A DNA stretch of 64,000 bases from an uncultured Bacilli bacterium (GCA_934167485.1 CAKPKL010000006.1:41466-105465); one strand, 5' to 3'; counted from the first letter of the stretch, positions 47,976-57,010 are shown. Notes: a model not told the origin generated them from the letters alone. Numbers and translations: made by a program.

Positions 47976-48476
47976 TTATCTCACCTCACTATCATCTAAC
48001 ATATCCATAAGCTCACTAAGTGGACTTACTTTTTCTTCTTCACCAGTTGTAAAGCTCCAACCATCGCCAGACATGTTTACTTCTTGCCCCTTTGCTTCTT
48101 CACTTACAACTCGCATTGGAATTTCCATTAATATATTTTCCCATATTATTGGCAAAATATCAATAGAATTTTGAAAATTTATTTGATTTTCGTCAAATTC
48201 TTGGACTAGATCGTCTAATTCTCCACTAATTGTGATTTCAAATGGATAATCTACAGGCTTTAAAGTAATTGCGCAAGGTATCACCATAACACCTTCCACA
48301 TCTACATTAAGTTCTATATTCCCTAAACTATTTCTAAATAATTCTCCATTTATTTTAACATCATCAAGTTTAAGTAAATCAGTTCCTTTTAACTCATCTT
48401 GAGTAAAAGAATATGTTTCATTTATTGGTATAGACTTATCTATATTATTATTTAATCTTATTAAATTATAATTCAT
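47976..48476 (-). CDS. YceD-family protein (DUF177), upstream partner of rpmF
   Basis: 166 aa. Acidic, with conserved placement directly before rpmF. CAITLKPVDYPF-type core. Confidence 0.85.
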   Translation of the reverse strand: MNYNLIRLNNNIDKSIPINETYSFTQDELKGTDLLKLDDVKINGELFRNSLGNIELNVDVEGVMVIPCAITLKPVDYPFEITISGELDDLVQEFDENQINFQNSIDILPIIWENILMEIPMRVVSEEAKGQEVNMSGDGWSFTTGEEEKVSPLSELMDMLDDSEVR

Positions 48477-48538
48477 AATATCACCTGTTTTTCGTTTGAC
48501 TTTACCATTATATATTTAAATTAGAAAAAATGCAAGAC

Positions 48539-48769
48539 TTAGCTTAAAACTTTTATCATTCTTATTATTTCTTTATCATTAAGAACTTTTCCTTCGCTTA
48601 CTACTTTTTCATTTATAATAAGTCCAGGCACATTCTTTATATTATATTTATTTAAATACTCATCTCCTTCTAATAGCTCAAGATTAATATTATATTCGTT
48701 TATTTTTGAAATGTTTTTCTTTAATTTTATCCCGTTACTACAATTGTAGCCTATTATCTTTATATTCAT
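48539..48769 (-). CDS. Thioredoxin_3-like small protein lacking the CxxC active site
   Basis: 76 aa. MNIKIIGYNCSNGIKLKKN...NVPGLIINEKVVSEGKVLNDKEI aligns with MTH895-type thioredoxin-fold proteins, but the usual G-x-G-C-x-x-C is CSNG here. Confidence 0.7.
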   Translation of the reverse strand: MNIKIIGYNCSNGIKLKKNISKINEYNINLELLEGDEYLNKYNIKNVPGLIINEKVVSEGKVLNDKEIIRMIKVLS

Positions 48770-48885
48770 TCTTCCTCCTTTCTATAATAATTATAAATTA
48801 ACTTTATGATAAAATTTTGTCATATTTTTAAAAAATTTGTGTATTTATTTTGATAAAAATGTGTTATAGTAAAGTTGGTGATTTT

Positions 48886-50016
48886 ATGACTATTGGAATT
48901 ATTTGTGAATATAATCCTTTTCATTTTGGACATTTATATCATTTAGAAAGTATTAAAAAAATGTATCCAAATGCTTCTATTGTTTTAGTTATGTCTGGTT
49001 GGATTACTGAAAGAGGAGATTTAGCTTTAATTGATAAATGGAAAAGAACAGAGATTGCTCTAAATTATGGAGTTGATTTAGTTGTTGAACTTCCATTTAA
49101 ATTTATTCAGAGTGCTGACTGGTTTGCTAAAGGAGCAGTTGCTATATTAAACAAATTAAATTGTGACAAACTCGTATTTGGTAGTGAATCTAACAATTTA
49201 ACTCTATTAACTGATTTAGCTAACATTCAACTTAATAATAAAGAATATGATGGTTTAGTTAAAAAGTATTTAAATGAAGGCATAAATTATCCAACAGCAA
49301 TGTCAAAAGCTTTGGAGCACATATGTGGGAATACAGTATCTACTCCAAATGATTTATTAGGACTTAGTTATGTTAAAGAAATAATTAAAAATAAATATAA
49401 TATTGAACCAATAACTATAAAAAGAAATAGTGATTTTAATTCAAAAGAAATAGAAGGTATTATTACAAGTGCGACAAGTATTAGAGAGCTTATAAAAAAT
49501 AATAAAGATTTTAACAATTATATACCAAAAGAAGAATATGAATATTTAAAAAGTTCTATTTTTACAGATGATTATTTTGATTATCTAAAATACAAAATAA
49601 TTAGTTGTGATGACCTTACTATTTTTCAAGGAATAGATATTCCACTCCATAATAGAATTAAAAAATATATAGACTCTTCTAATACACTAGAAGAACTAAT
49701 TAATAATATTAAAACTAAAAGGTATACTTATAATAGAATTAAAAGAATGCTTACATTTATATTATTATCTTTAGAAAAAAAAGAATTTAATAATCTGGAA
49801 TTAGATTATATTAGATTATTAGGATTTAATGATAGTGGTAAACAAATTTTAAATAATATTAAAAAAAGTATAGATATACCTATACTTACTAAGTTTGATC
49901 CTAAATATCTTTATACAGATTTAAAAATAAATAACATATTATCGCTAAATAAAAAAATTAAAAATAAAAAAGAATTTAGAGAAAAAGAATACAAAAAAAG
50001 TCCTATAAAACTATAA
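48886..50016 (+). CDS. tmcAL: tRNA(Met) cytidine acetate ligase TmcAL (YlbM-like nucleotidyltransferase)
   Basis: GIICEYNPFHFGHLYHL HIGH-like motif and DUF795 architecture. Start moved to ATG 48886 (GGTGA RBS). The track start is a TTG. Confidence 0.85.
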   Translation: MTIGIICEYNPFHFGHLYHLESIKKMYPNASIVLVMSGWITERGDLALIDKWKRTEIALNYGVDLVVELPFKFIQSADWFAKGAVAILNKLNCDKLVFGSESNNLTLLTDLANIQLNNKEYDGLVKKYLNEGINYPTAMSKALEHICGNTVSTPNDLLGLSYVKEIIKNKYNIEPITIKRNSDFNSKEIEGIITSATSIRELIKNNKDFNNYIPKEEYEYLKSSIFTDDYFDYLKYKIISCDDLTIFQGIDIPLHNRIKKYIDSSNTLEELINNIKTKRYTYNRIKRMLTFILLSLEKKEFNNLELDYIRLLGFNDSGKQILNNIKKSIDIPILTKFDPKYLYTDLKINNILSLNKKIKNKKEFREKEYKKSPIKL

Positions 50017-50031
50017 AGTTTATAAGACTTT

Positions 50032-50754
50032 TTATTTATTAAATTGTATTTCTTCTATATAATTATATTTAATTATCTTATCTATATTATTTTTTGTTAT
50101 ATAATCCAACTTAGAAAAATATAATTCAATATTTTTATGTGTTTCTACTAGGTCTACTTTAGGTAAACAATCTGCCATATTTAATAATTTAACCTTATCA
50201 TTAAAATATTTATTTAAATTATTTTTTATTAAAGGATAATGAGTGCATCCAAGTACTATTAAATCACAGTCTTTTAAATTATTTAAATATTCATCTAAAC
50301 AATCATCTATTTTTGATATATCATTAGATTCTATAATTGGTACAAACTTTGGACAACTTGCTTCTTTAATATTTTTATTTGTATTAGAAAACACTTTACT
50401 TTCTATAGTTCTTTTTGTACCAATTACCCCTATATTAGTATAATTGCAATTATTTATATAGTTTATTGTTGGACTTATTATATCATATATAGGTACACTA
50501 TATTTATCTTTTAAATATGAATATATATTAGAACTAACAGTACCACATGCTATTATAATTATATTTACATTTTTACTTATTAAAAAATTAATAATATTAG
50601 AAGATAATTGTTTTAATTCATCTATACTCTTTTCTCCATATGGTATGTTTTTTGTATCACCACAATATATATACTCATGACAAGGATATTTATTTATTAA
50701 AGTTTTAAGTACAGTAAGCCCACCTATACCAGAATCAAATACACCTATTCTCAT
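50032..50754 (-). CDS. murI: Glutamate racemase MurI
   Basis: 240 aa. IGVFDSGIGGLTV, IIIACGTVSS, LGCTHYPLI. Confidence 0.93.
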   Translation of the reverse strand: MRIGVFDSGIGGLTVLKTLINKYPCHEYIYCGDTKNIPYGEKSIDELKQLSSNIINFLISKNVNIIIIACGTVSSNIYSYLKDKYSVPIYDIISPTINYINNCNYTNIGVIGTKRTIESKVFSNTNKNIKEASCPKFVPIIESNDISKIDDCLDEYLNNLKDCDLIVLGCTHYPLIKNNLNKYFNDKVKLLNMADCLPKVDLVETHKNIELYFSKLDYITKNNIDKIIKYNYIEEIQFNK

Positions 50755-50757
50755 GCA

Positions 50758-51294
50758 TCACCTAGTTATTATATTTGTAAGTACCCAATCATAGTCTTCT
50801 TGATTATATGTAGTATGACAATACTCACAATAACCTGTTCTATTTACATCCATAGGATGCCCACAATTCGCACAATATCTAACCATGCCTTGTGTTTTAG
50901 CGTTCCTCTTCTTCTCTAAAGTTAAAATATTTTCTTTTTCTATTCTAGAACTATTATTACCTCTAATAAATTTCCCACTTTCTTTATTTACAATGTAATC
51001 CATATATCTAGAAATAATTCTTACCGTTATTATATATTTATCATCTGTTATTTCTACATTTATTATATCTGTTGATTTTACATTTAATTCATCAAACATT
51101 TGTCTTTCATTATTTGAATTTAAAGTATTTAATCTGATTGAAAATTCATTAAATACATTATCACTTAAAAAGTGTTCTACCCTTTTCATATTATCTGTCA
51201 TAAGAGACATATGTAACATTACAAATATGTTATCTACTTTTGTTTTAAATCCACTTTCAGTAAATGTTGGATCTAAATTAACTAAATCATTCAT
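50758..51294 (-). CDS. Tim44-like domain protein with C-terminal zinc ribbon
   Basis: 178 aa. NTF2-like/Tim44-like N-terminal ~130 aa (assignment from memory of the fold family) and YCANCGHPMDVNRTGYCEYCHT. Confidence 0.6.
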   Translation of the reverse strand: MNDLVNLDPTFTESGFKTKVDNIFVMLHMSLMTDNMKRVEHFLSDNVFNEFSIRLNTLNSNNERQMFDELNVKSTDIINVEITDDKYIITVRIISRYMDYIVNKESGKFIRGNNSSRIEKENILTLEKKRNAKTQGMVRYCANCGHPMDVNRTGYCEYCHTTYNQEDYDWVLTNIITR

Positions 51295-51331
51295 TCTATC
51301 ACCTATTTAATTATATCACAATATTATATAA

Positions 51332-52018
51332 TTATCTATTCTGGATTTTTAATTTATTTATAACTTTTTTCTCTATTCTTGATATATATGACTGACTAAT
51401 ACCTAAATTTTCAGCAACTTCTTTTTGTGTCATTTCTCTTTTACCTAATAACCCATATCTCATAGACATAATTTCTTTATCCCTATTATTTAATTTTGTT
51501 AATTCTTGATATAATATCTTTCTTTCCGTTTCTTCTTCTAATCCACGTGTTACAACATCATCATCTGTTCCTAAAATATCTTCTAAGTGTAGTTCATTTC
51601 CTTCACTATCATAACTTAAACTATCTTCAAAACTAATTTCTCCTCTTCTTTTTTTATTTTTTCTTAAAAACATAAGTATTTCATTATCTATGCATCTAGA
51701 TGCATAAGTCGCAAGCTTTATATTTTTATCTAATTTATATGTATTAACTCCTTTTATAAGACCAATAGTACCTATACTTACTAAATCTTCTAAATCAACA
51801 CCTGTATTTTCATATTTTTTTGATAAAAATACAACTAATCTAAGATTGTGTTCTATAAGCTTATTTCTTGCAAATTCATCTCCATTTTGTGACAATTCTA
51901 CATATCTTATTTCTTCTTCTTTAGATAAAGGTTCTGGTAATTTATCAGTACTACCTACAAAATATATACCAAAATTTCCTAATATCTCTTTTATTTTATT
52001 TATTATTTTTCTTATCAT
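51332..52018 (-). CDS. sigE: Sporulation sigma factor SigE (pro-sigma-E)
   Basis: 228 aa. Pro-sequence then YFVGSTDKLPEPLSKEEE, NLRLVVFLSKKYENTG, KLATYASRCIDNEILMFLRKNKK, GISQSYISRIEKK. Immediately downstream of spoIIGA. Confidence 0.93.
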   Translation of the reverse strand: MIRKIINKIKEILGNFGIYFVGSTDKLPEPLSKEEEIRYVELSQNGDEFARNKLIEHNLRLVVFLSKKYENTGVDLEDLVSIGTIGLIKGVNTYKLDKNIKLATYASRCIDNEILMFLRKNKKRRGEISFEDSLSYDSEGNELHLEDILGTDDDVVTRGLEEETERKILYQELTKLNNRDKEIMSMRYGLLGKREMTQKEVAENLGISQSYISRIEKKVINKLKIQNR

Positions 52019-52019
52019 A

Positions 52020-52796
52020 TTATTCCTCCAATAATTTTCTATTTAATATTATATCTACTCCATCTAGACTAATATTATCCATAATACCTAACAATACATT
52101 ATCATAATTTTTATTATTAAATATAAGTTTATCTATTTTAACTACTTTAATCATATTCATACCATTTACTCCCATATAAGGAATTAATCTAAACTCTTTT
52201 ATATTGAAAAGTATTTTTCTTTTATCTATTAATATTACTTTTTTATTAGTTAAACTATCTACAAGTACATTACCACTATCCATGTATCCTATATATTTAT
52301 AACTTTTATTATTCTTAATAAGTTCTACATCATAATAATTTGAATATGTATATTTTAATAATTTATTCTGCCTAATATAAATATATAATATTACTGGTGA
52401 AATTATTATTAATATTATAAAATTTATACTTAATCCATTATTTATAAATATAATACCTACATGTTTATATGAAAACTCTATATTTAATAAATATAAAAAG
52501 CCTCCAAGAATTATACTTGTTATATATAAATACAATATATTAATTAAAGTATATTTAATATTTTCGTATTTAAACGTTATTATTACCATTAATATACTTA
52601 TTATTAATTTAAATATAAATAAAAGAAAACTATTAATATTAAAAAACAGAAATAGTATACTTATTCCACCTACAAAAGCTCCTAATATTATTCTTTTTAT
52701 ATTAACTTTTCTTTTTAATACGATAGATACAGTAAGTAATAAAATAAAATCTATAAAGAAATTTAATATCATTACCAAATCTAAATATACTTTCAT
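52020..52796 (-). CDS. spoIIGA: Sigma-E processing peptidase SpoIIGA
   Basis: 258 aa. Five N-terminal TM helices starting MKVYLDLVMILNFFIDFILLL. Aspartic-protease motif GYMDSGNVLVDSLT. Confidence 0.9.
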   Translation of the reverse strand: MKVYLDLVMILNFFIDFILLLTVSIVLKRKVNIKRIILGAFVGGISILFLFFNINSFLLFIFKLIISILMVIITFKYENIKYTLINILYLYITSIILGGFLYLLNIEFSYKHVGIIFINNGLSINFIILIIISPVILYIYIRQNKLLKYTYSNYYDVELIKNNKSYKYIGYMDSGNVLVDSLTNKKVILIDKRKILFNIKEFRLIPYMGVNGMNMIKVVKIDKLIFNNKNYDNVLLGIMDNISLDGVDIILNRKLLEE

Positions 52797-52811
52797 ACTA
52801 TCACCAATATA

Positions 52812-52844
52812 ATTATAAAAAAAACAACATATTAATTATGTCGT
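52812..52844 (-). promoter_or_regulatory. Possible spoIIGA promoter with a long spacer and a Spo0A-box-like element
   Basis: Minus strand ACGACA (52844..52839; compare 0A box TTCGACA and -35 TTGACA), 21 nt spacer, TATAAT (52817..52812), in a 51-nt intergenic gap. Confidence 0.3.
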
Positions 52845-52847
52845 TTT

Positions 52848-53447
52848 TTATTTTCTAATTACTATAAATGGATATTTATATAAATCTTTTAATGTTTTAA
52901 AATTATTTAACATTAATTTCTTTATCATTTTTGTAAAAATTAAGGCTGTTCCCTCCGAATCATAATCGGCTCTATGATGTTTATCTTCATCCCATGGTAT
53001 TTCATATCTTTTTACTAAAGTAGCTAAATTATGATACCTTTCCTTTGATTCTAAATACCTAGATAATCCCAATGTATCTATAACAGTATTTTTAAATACT
53101 CCAAAATTATATTTAGTATAAGCAAGTTCAATAAATGATATATCAAATTTGGCATTATGAGCTACCATAGGTGCATCTCCTACCCATTCCATAAAAGATT
53201 TTACTCCTTCTTCTTCTTTTCGTTTTCCCTTTAACATTTCATTGTTTATTCCTGTTATACCTATTATTTCGTCACTTAATATTTTATCTGGTTTAATAAG
53301 TTCATCATATCTATCTATTATAGTTTCGTTTTTTATTTTTACAGCGCCTATCTCTATTATTGTATCTCCAGAATTAGGATAAAGACCTGTTGTTTCTAAA
53401 TCAAATACTACATATGTTTCTTCTAAAAGAGTTTTTTCTTTAATCAT
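52848..53447 (-). CDS. DEDDh 3'-5' exonuclease (DnaQ/PolC-exonuclease-like)
   Basis: 199 aa. Exo I VVFDLETTGL, Exo II VAHNAKFDISF, Exo III HRADYDSEGT. Confidence 0.88.
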   Translation of the reverse strand: MIKEKTLLEETYVVFDLETTGLYPNSGDTIIEIGAVKIKNETIIDRYDELIKPDKILSDEIIGITGINNEMLKGKRKEEEGVKSFMEWVGDAPMVAHNAKFDISFIELAYTKYNFGVFKNTVIDTLGLSRYLESKERYHNLATLVKRYEIPWDEDKHHRADYDSEGTALIFTKMIKKLMLNNFKTLKDLYKYPFIVIRK

Positions 53448-53464
53448 ACTTCCTCCATATTAAA

Positions 53465-53640
53465 AAGTGCCAAAAGACCGACATCCCGAATCGAATAAAA
53501 CCTAGTCTCCCAGGTGGGCATCACATCATAACTTTTAGGAGCCTTAGTAAACTCTAAGTTTTCGACACCAGCTACGAATTAGATTCCCTATATTTTCGAT
53601 TAGTAGGTTTTTCATAAGGATTATCGAATCTTTCAGCATA
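53465..53640 (-). ncRNA. Candidate structured RNA (6S-like rod or unknown cis-leader) upstream of the exonuclease gene
   Basis: Own promoter. The 5' end GCUGAAAGAUUCGAUAAUCC pairs with the 3' end GGGAUGUCGGUCUUUUGGC (~19 bp, 6 G-U pairs valid only on the minus strand). Inner helices AAAACCUA/UAGGUUUU, CUUAG/CUAAG and CUCCUA/UGGGAG. No ORF. Confidence 0.4.
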
Positions 53641-53643
53641 TTA

Positions 53644-53672
53644 ATTATATCATGTTTTAAAAACTAGTTCAA
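53644..53672 (-). promoter_or_regulatory. Sigma-A promoter in front of the candidate RNA
   Basis: TTGAAC (53672..53667), 17 nt spacer, TATAAT (53649..53644). It directly follows the terminator hairpin AAGAGATT-TTTT-AATCTCTT (53683..53702) of the upstream gene. Confidence 0.55.
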
Positions 53673-53700
53673 GCAAAATTAAAAGAGATTTTTTAATCTC

Positions 53701-54873
53701 TTATAATTCATTACCACAATTCATACAGAATTTTGCACCATCTGCTACTTTCTCTCCACATTTAGTACAAAATCTTTCTTTTGCCTCTTCTGGTCTTTTT
53801 GTTCCACATTGCTCACAGAACTTACCAGTTATTGTATTACCACAATTTGGACATTTAACTCCAGCTTCTTTTGTAATATCTTGTGGTTTCATATATTCTG
53901 GTTTATTTGAAGAAATACCACCAATAGCATTACCTGCTGCCATATTCATCATTCCAATACCCATAATACCAGTTGCAGCACCATTAGCATTATTAGCAGC
54001 GCCTTTCAAAGCTTCTCCAAAAGATCCAGTAAGAACACCTTGTTGTTGATATTGATCTCCACCAATTTCGTAATTATCAATTTTAGTTTGAGATTCTTCA
54101 TCAAGTGATACTGGTTCAACAGCAAATGAAATTAATTGAATACCTCTATTTCTAATATTTTGATCAAAAACATTTTCATCCATTATCTTCTTAATTTCAT
54201 CTGTTTTATTTTGAAGATCTAAGACTTCGATTTTGTGTTCATCACTACCAAGACTATTCATAACGTTTGCAAAAGAAGCAACTACCTCTGAATGCATTTG
54301 TTCTTCTAATTCTTGTTTTTTATAAACTTCTGAAGTTCCAGCTATACTCTTCATAAATAAAAATGGATCACAAATTTTAAAAGTATATGTACCATGACAT
54401 CTAACTCTTACACTCATACCTATATAAGAATTAGTTCTAGCATTCATTATTGGATGTCCCCAATCCTTATACATAATAGGTGTTGAAGTACCAAACTTAT
54501 TATTTATTATTTCTTTAGTATTAAAGAAAAATACAGCTTGTTCTTTAGCAGAAGCACCATCATAAGTAAATCTTTGCCACATTTCTTTAAACATTCCACC
54601 AAATTGTCCAGCAAATAATGATGGAGTTGAAGATGAGTCAAATGTAAATACTCCTTCTTCTGCAGATGCATCTAATATACGACCATTATCATATATTATT
54701 GCACATTGTCCAGGCCCTACTATTATAGTTGAACCATTAGATATTACACCTGTTGGTGTAGTCTTTTTAACCATTAATGTGTCATTATCTAAATCTTCAC
54801 ATCTAATGGCCTCTTTCCATTGATCGTGTAATGTACTACCTACAGCACTTACAGCAGCTCTTATTAGTCCCAT
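53701..54873 (-). CDS. SPFH-domain protein with two C-terminal zinc ribbons (YdjI-like)
   Basis: 390 aa. MGLIRAAVSAVGSTLHDQWKEAIRCEDLDNDTLMVKK... is typical of the COG4260/YdjI group as I recall it. Gly/Ala-rich linker. CPNCGNTITGKFCEQCG and FCTKCGEKVADGAKFCMNCG. Confidence 0.75.
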   Translation of the reverse strand: MGLIRAAVSAVGSTLHDQWKEAIRCEDLDNDTLMVKKTTPTGVISNGSTIIVGPGQCAIIYDNGRILDASAEEGVFTFDSSSTPSLFAGQFGGMFKEMWQRFTYDGASAKEQAVFFFNTKEIINNKFGTSTPIMYKDWGHPIMNARTNSYIGMSVRVRCHGTYTFKICDPFLFMKSIAGTSEVYKKQELEEQMHSEVVASFANVMNSLGSDEHKIEVLDLQNKTDEIKKIMDENVFDQNIRNRGIQLISFAVEPVSLDEESQTKIDNYEIGGDQYQQQGVLTGSFGEALKGAANNANGAATGIMGIGMMNMAAGNAIGGISSNKPEYMKPQDITKEAGVKCPNCGNTITGKFCEQCGTKRPEEAKERFCTKCGEKVADGAKFCMNCGNEL

Positions 54874-54933
54874 TAAATCATCCCTTCTAGTATATACATA
54901 CTAATTACATTATATAACACTTTTTTTATAAAA

Positions 54934-55431
54934 TCAATTTTTTTCATTATTTATTTTATCTAATATTTCATTTTGTTTTTTTAATATTAAATCCATTTTA
55001 TCATGTAATTCTTCTAATATTAATTCGCTTTTTATATTAGTCTTATAATCATTTGTACTTTTTAAACTTTCTTTTTTTGCTTCTCTATTTTGACTCATCA
55101 TAATTATTGGAGCTTGAATAGCAGCTATACAAGATAGTATTAAATTAAGTAAAATAAATGGATAATCATCTACTCCACTAAATACAATAGTATTTAATAC
55201 CATCCAAAGAATTAAAAAAGTACAAAAACCAATTATAAATCCCCAAGAACCTGCAATTTGTGTAAGTTTATCTGCTATTTTTTCTCCAATATTTCTATTT
55301 TCTTCTTTATCTACATTGACTGCTATAGGTTCATCAATAAGCATATCAAGTAATTCTTCATAATTTTTTTCTGTATCACTATTAGTTTTATTTAATATAG
55401 TTCTAACTAATTTTTCTTTATTCCTTCTCAT
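54934..55431 (-). CDS. DUF1003 membrane protein
   Basis: 165 aa. AGSWGFIIGFCTFLILWMVLN...DDYPFILLNLILSCIAAIQAPIIMMSQNRE matches the DUF1003 signature. Confidence 0.8.
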   Translation of the reverse strand: MRRNKEKLVRTILNKTNSDTEKNYEELLDMLIDEPIAVNVDKEENRNIGEKIADKLTQIAGSWGFIIGFCTFLILWMVLNTIVFSGVDDYPFILLNLILSCIAAIQAPIIMMSQNREAKKESLKSTNDYKTNIKSELILEELHDKMDLILKKQNEILDKINNEKN

Positions 55432-55482
55432 ACTATCACCATACTAATTATATCATAAAAAAAAAGTTTGATAAACAAACTT

Positions 55483-56796
55483 TTAAGGATTTAATCTATT
55501 AGGTCCTCTAAATATGAATTGTGCCTCTTTTATACTCATTCCTAAAAGTAACATAGTCATTCTATCTACTCCAAGTGCGAATCCACCATGTGGAGGACAT
55601 CCATATTTAAAGAATTGTAAGTAAAATTCTACATCCTTACCTAAACCTTTTTCTTTAGCATTTTCTACTAACTTATCATATCTATGTTCTCTTTGAGCTC
55701 CTGATGTTATCTCTGTACCTCTCCATATTAAATCATAACCTTGTAATTTACCTTCTTCATCTCTCATATGATAAAAAGGTCTTTTAGTTGCTGCATAATC
55801 AGTAATAAACATAAATTCACTATTATATGCTTCAAGAGCTAATTTATAAGTTAATTTTTCTGCTTCTGCATTCATATCTCCAATATCATGTTCTGGTATT
55901 TCAAATCCATACCTTTTATTTAATTCTTGATATAAATCTTTTAATTTTAAACGTGGGAATGGTTTAGTAGGAATTATTACTTCCTTACCAAATACTTCCT
56001 TTATTCTCTCTCCATAAACCTCTTTTACTTTAGAAAGACCTGCAATAAGTAAATCTTCCTCAAAATCCATAACATCAGTATAACTATCTATATAAGAAAA
56101 TTCTAAATCAAAAGAAGTAAACTCTGTAGCATGTCTATTTGTATTAGAATTTTCAGCTCTAAAACATGGAGCTACTTCAAATACCTTAGACATTCCTGCT
56201 GCCATTGCCATTTGTTTATAGAATTGTGGAGATTGAGCTAAATAAGCACTTCTATCAAAATACTTTACTTCAAATACTTCACTTCCAGATTCACTTGCTG
56301 CACCTATTAATTTTGGAGTATGTATCTCTGTAAAATTATCTTTATATAAAAATTCTCTCATAGCTTCTACAAAACAAGATTCTACTTGTCGAGCTAACAT
56401 ATTTTTTTCATTTCTTAAATCTAACCATCTATAATCTAATCTAGTATCAATATTAACACCATCTAAATTATTATAATCAAATGGTAATGGTGAAGCTAAA
56501 CTTGTAATCTCTATAGACTCTGGAATTAACTCCATACCACCTAATTTTACTGCATCATTTGCTTTTAATATACCATTTACTTTAATAGTACTATCAACAG
56601 TTACATTAGACATAATCTCTAATAATTCTTTATTCTTCTCTTCACTTTTTTCAATAGTCATTTGTAATTTACCAGTAGAATCTCTAAGTATTACAAACAT
56701 AACCCATTTCTTATCTCTTATAGTATCTACAAATCCACTAAAAGAAATATTTTTATCTAAATATTTTTCTAATTCATTAACATATACCTTTTTCAT
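55483..56796 (-). CDS. aspS: Aspartate--tRNA ligase, short archaeal/eukaryote-like class IIb type
   Basis: 437 aa. OB anticodon-binding N-terminus. Motif 2 FRAENSNTNRHATEFTSFDLE. Motif 3 GGFALGVDRMTMLL. Called Asp rather than Asn because the upstream T-box displays a GAC specifier. Confidence 0.8.
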   Translation of the reverse strand: MKKVYVNELEKYLDKNISFSGFVDTIRDKKWVMFVILRDSTGKLQMTIEKSEEKNKELLEIMSNVTVDSTIKVNGILKANDAVKLGGMELIPESIEITSLASPLPFDYNNLDGVNIDTRLDYRWLDLRNEKNMLARQVESCFVEAMREFLYKDNFTEIHTPKLIGAASESGSEVFEVKYFDRSAYLAQSPQFYKQMAMAAGMSKVFEVAPCFRAENSNTNRHATEFTSFDLEFSYIDSYTDVMDFEEDLLIAGLSKVKEVYGERIKEVFGKEVIIPTKPFPRLKLKDLYQELNKRYGFEIPEHDIGDMNAEAEKLTYKLALEAYNSEFMFITDYAATKRPFYHMRDEEGKLQGYDLIWRGTEITSGAQREHRYDKLVENAKEKGLGKDVEFYLQFFKYGCPPHGGFALGVDRMTMLLLGMSIKEAQFIFRGPNRLNP

Positions 56797-56804
56797 AATT
56801 CCTC

Positions 56805-57010
56805 CTAATATAAAAAATCCATGAATTACAAGGACGAATTGATCGTGGTGCCACCTTGCTTCATAGATTTATCTATCTTTATACCTTTAACGCAGTAATG
56901 CGATTATTATACATTTGATGTCTTCTATATATATACTTATTAGTTTACACCTGCCACTAACTCTCTTTAAAAGTATTACATATATACTCCTTCAAACAAA
57001 TACAACTATA
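56805..57010 (-). promoter_or_regulatory. T-box leader with Asp (GAC) specifier
   Basis: The stem I base UUUGA/UCAAA and UAUAUAU/AUAUAUA flank the specifier loop GAA-GAC-A (GAC at 56922..56920). AGAGA bulge and GGCAGGUGUAA distal element. T-box AAGCAAGGUGGCACCACG at 56861..56844, then GGAUUUUUU. Confidence 0.85.

Noticed and set aside
45061-52034. Plus-strand ORFs 45061..45279, 50243..50443 and 51846..52034
   Set aside because: They are antisense to tyrS, murI and sigE, which are all high-confidence genes.
53465-53640. Assignment of the candidate RNA to a known riboswitch class (fluoride crcB, ZTP/pfl, ykkC/guanidine-I, M-box)
   Set aside because: Only short chance-level resemblances exist: GAUGUGAUGCCCAC versus the fluoride GAUGAUGCCUAC, CCUGGGAG versus the ZTP/ykkC 3' elements, and UAAGGCUCCU versus the M-box. 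The remaining conserved blocks of each class are absent.
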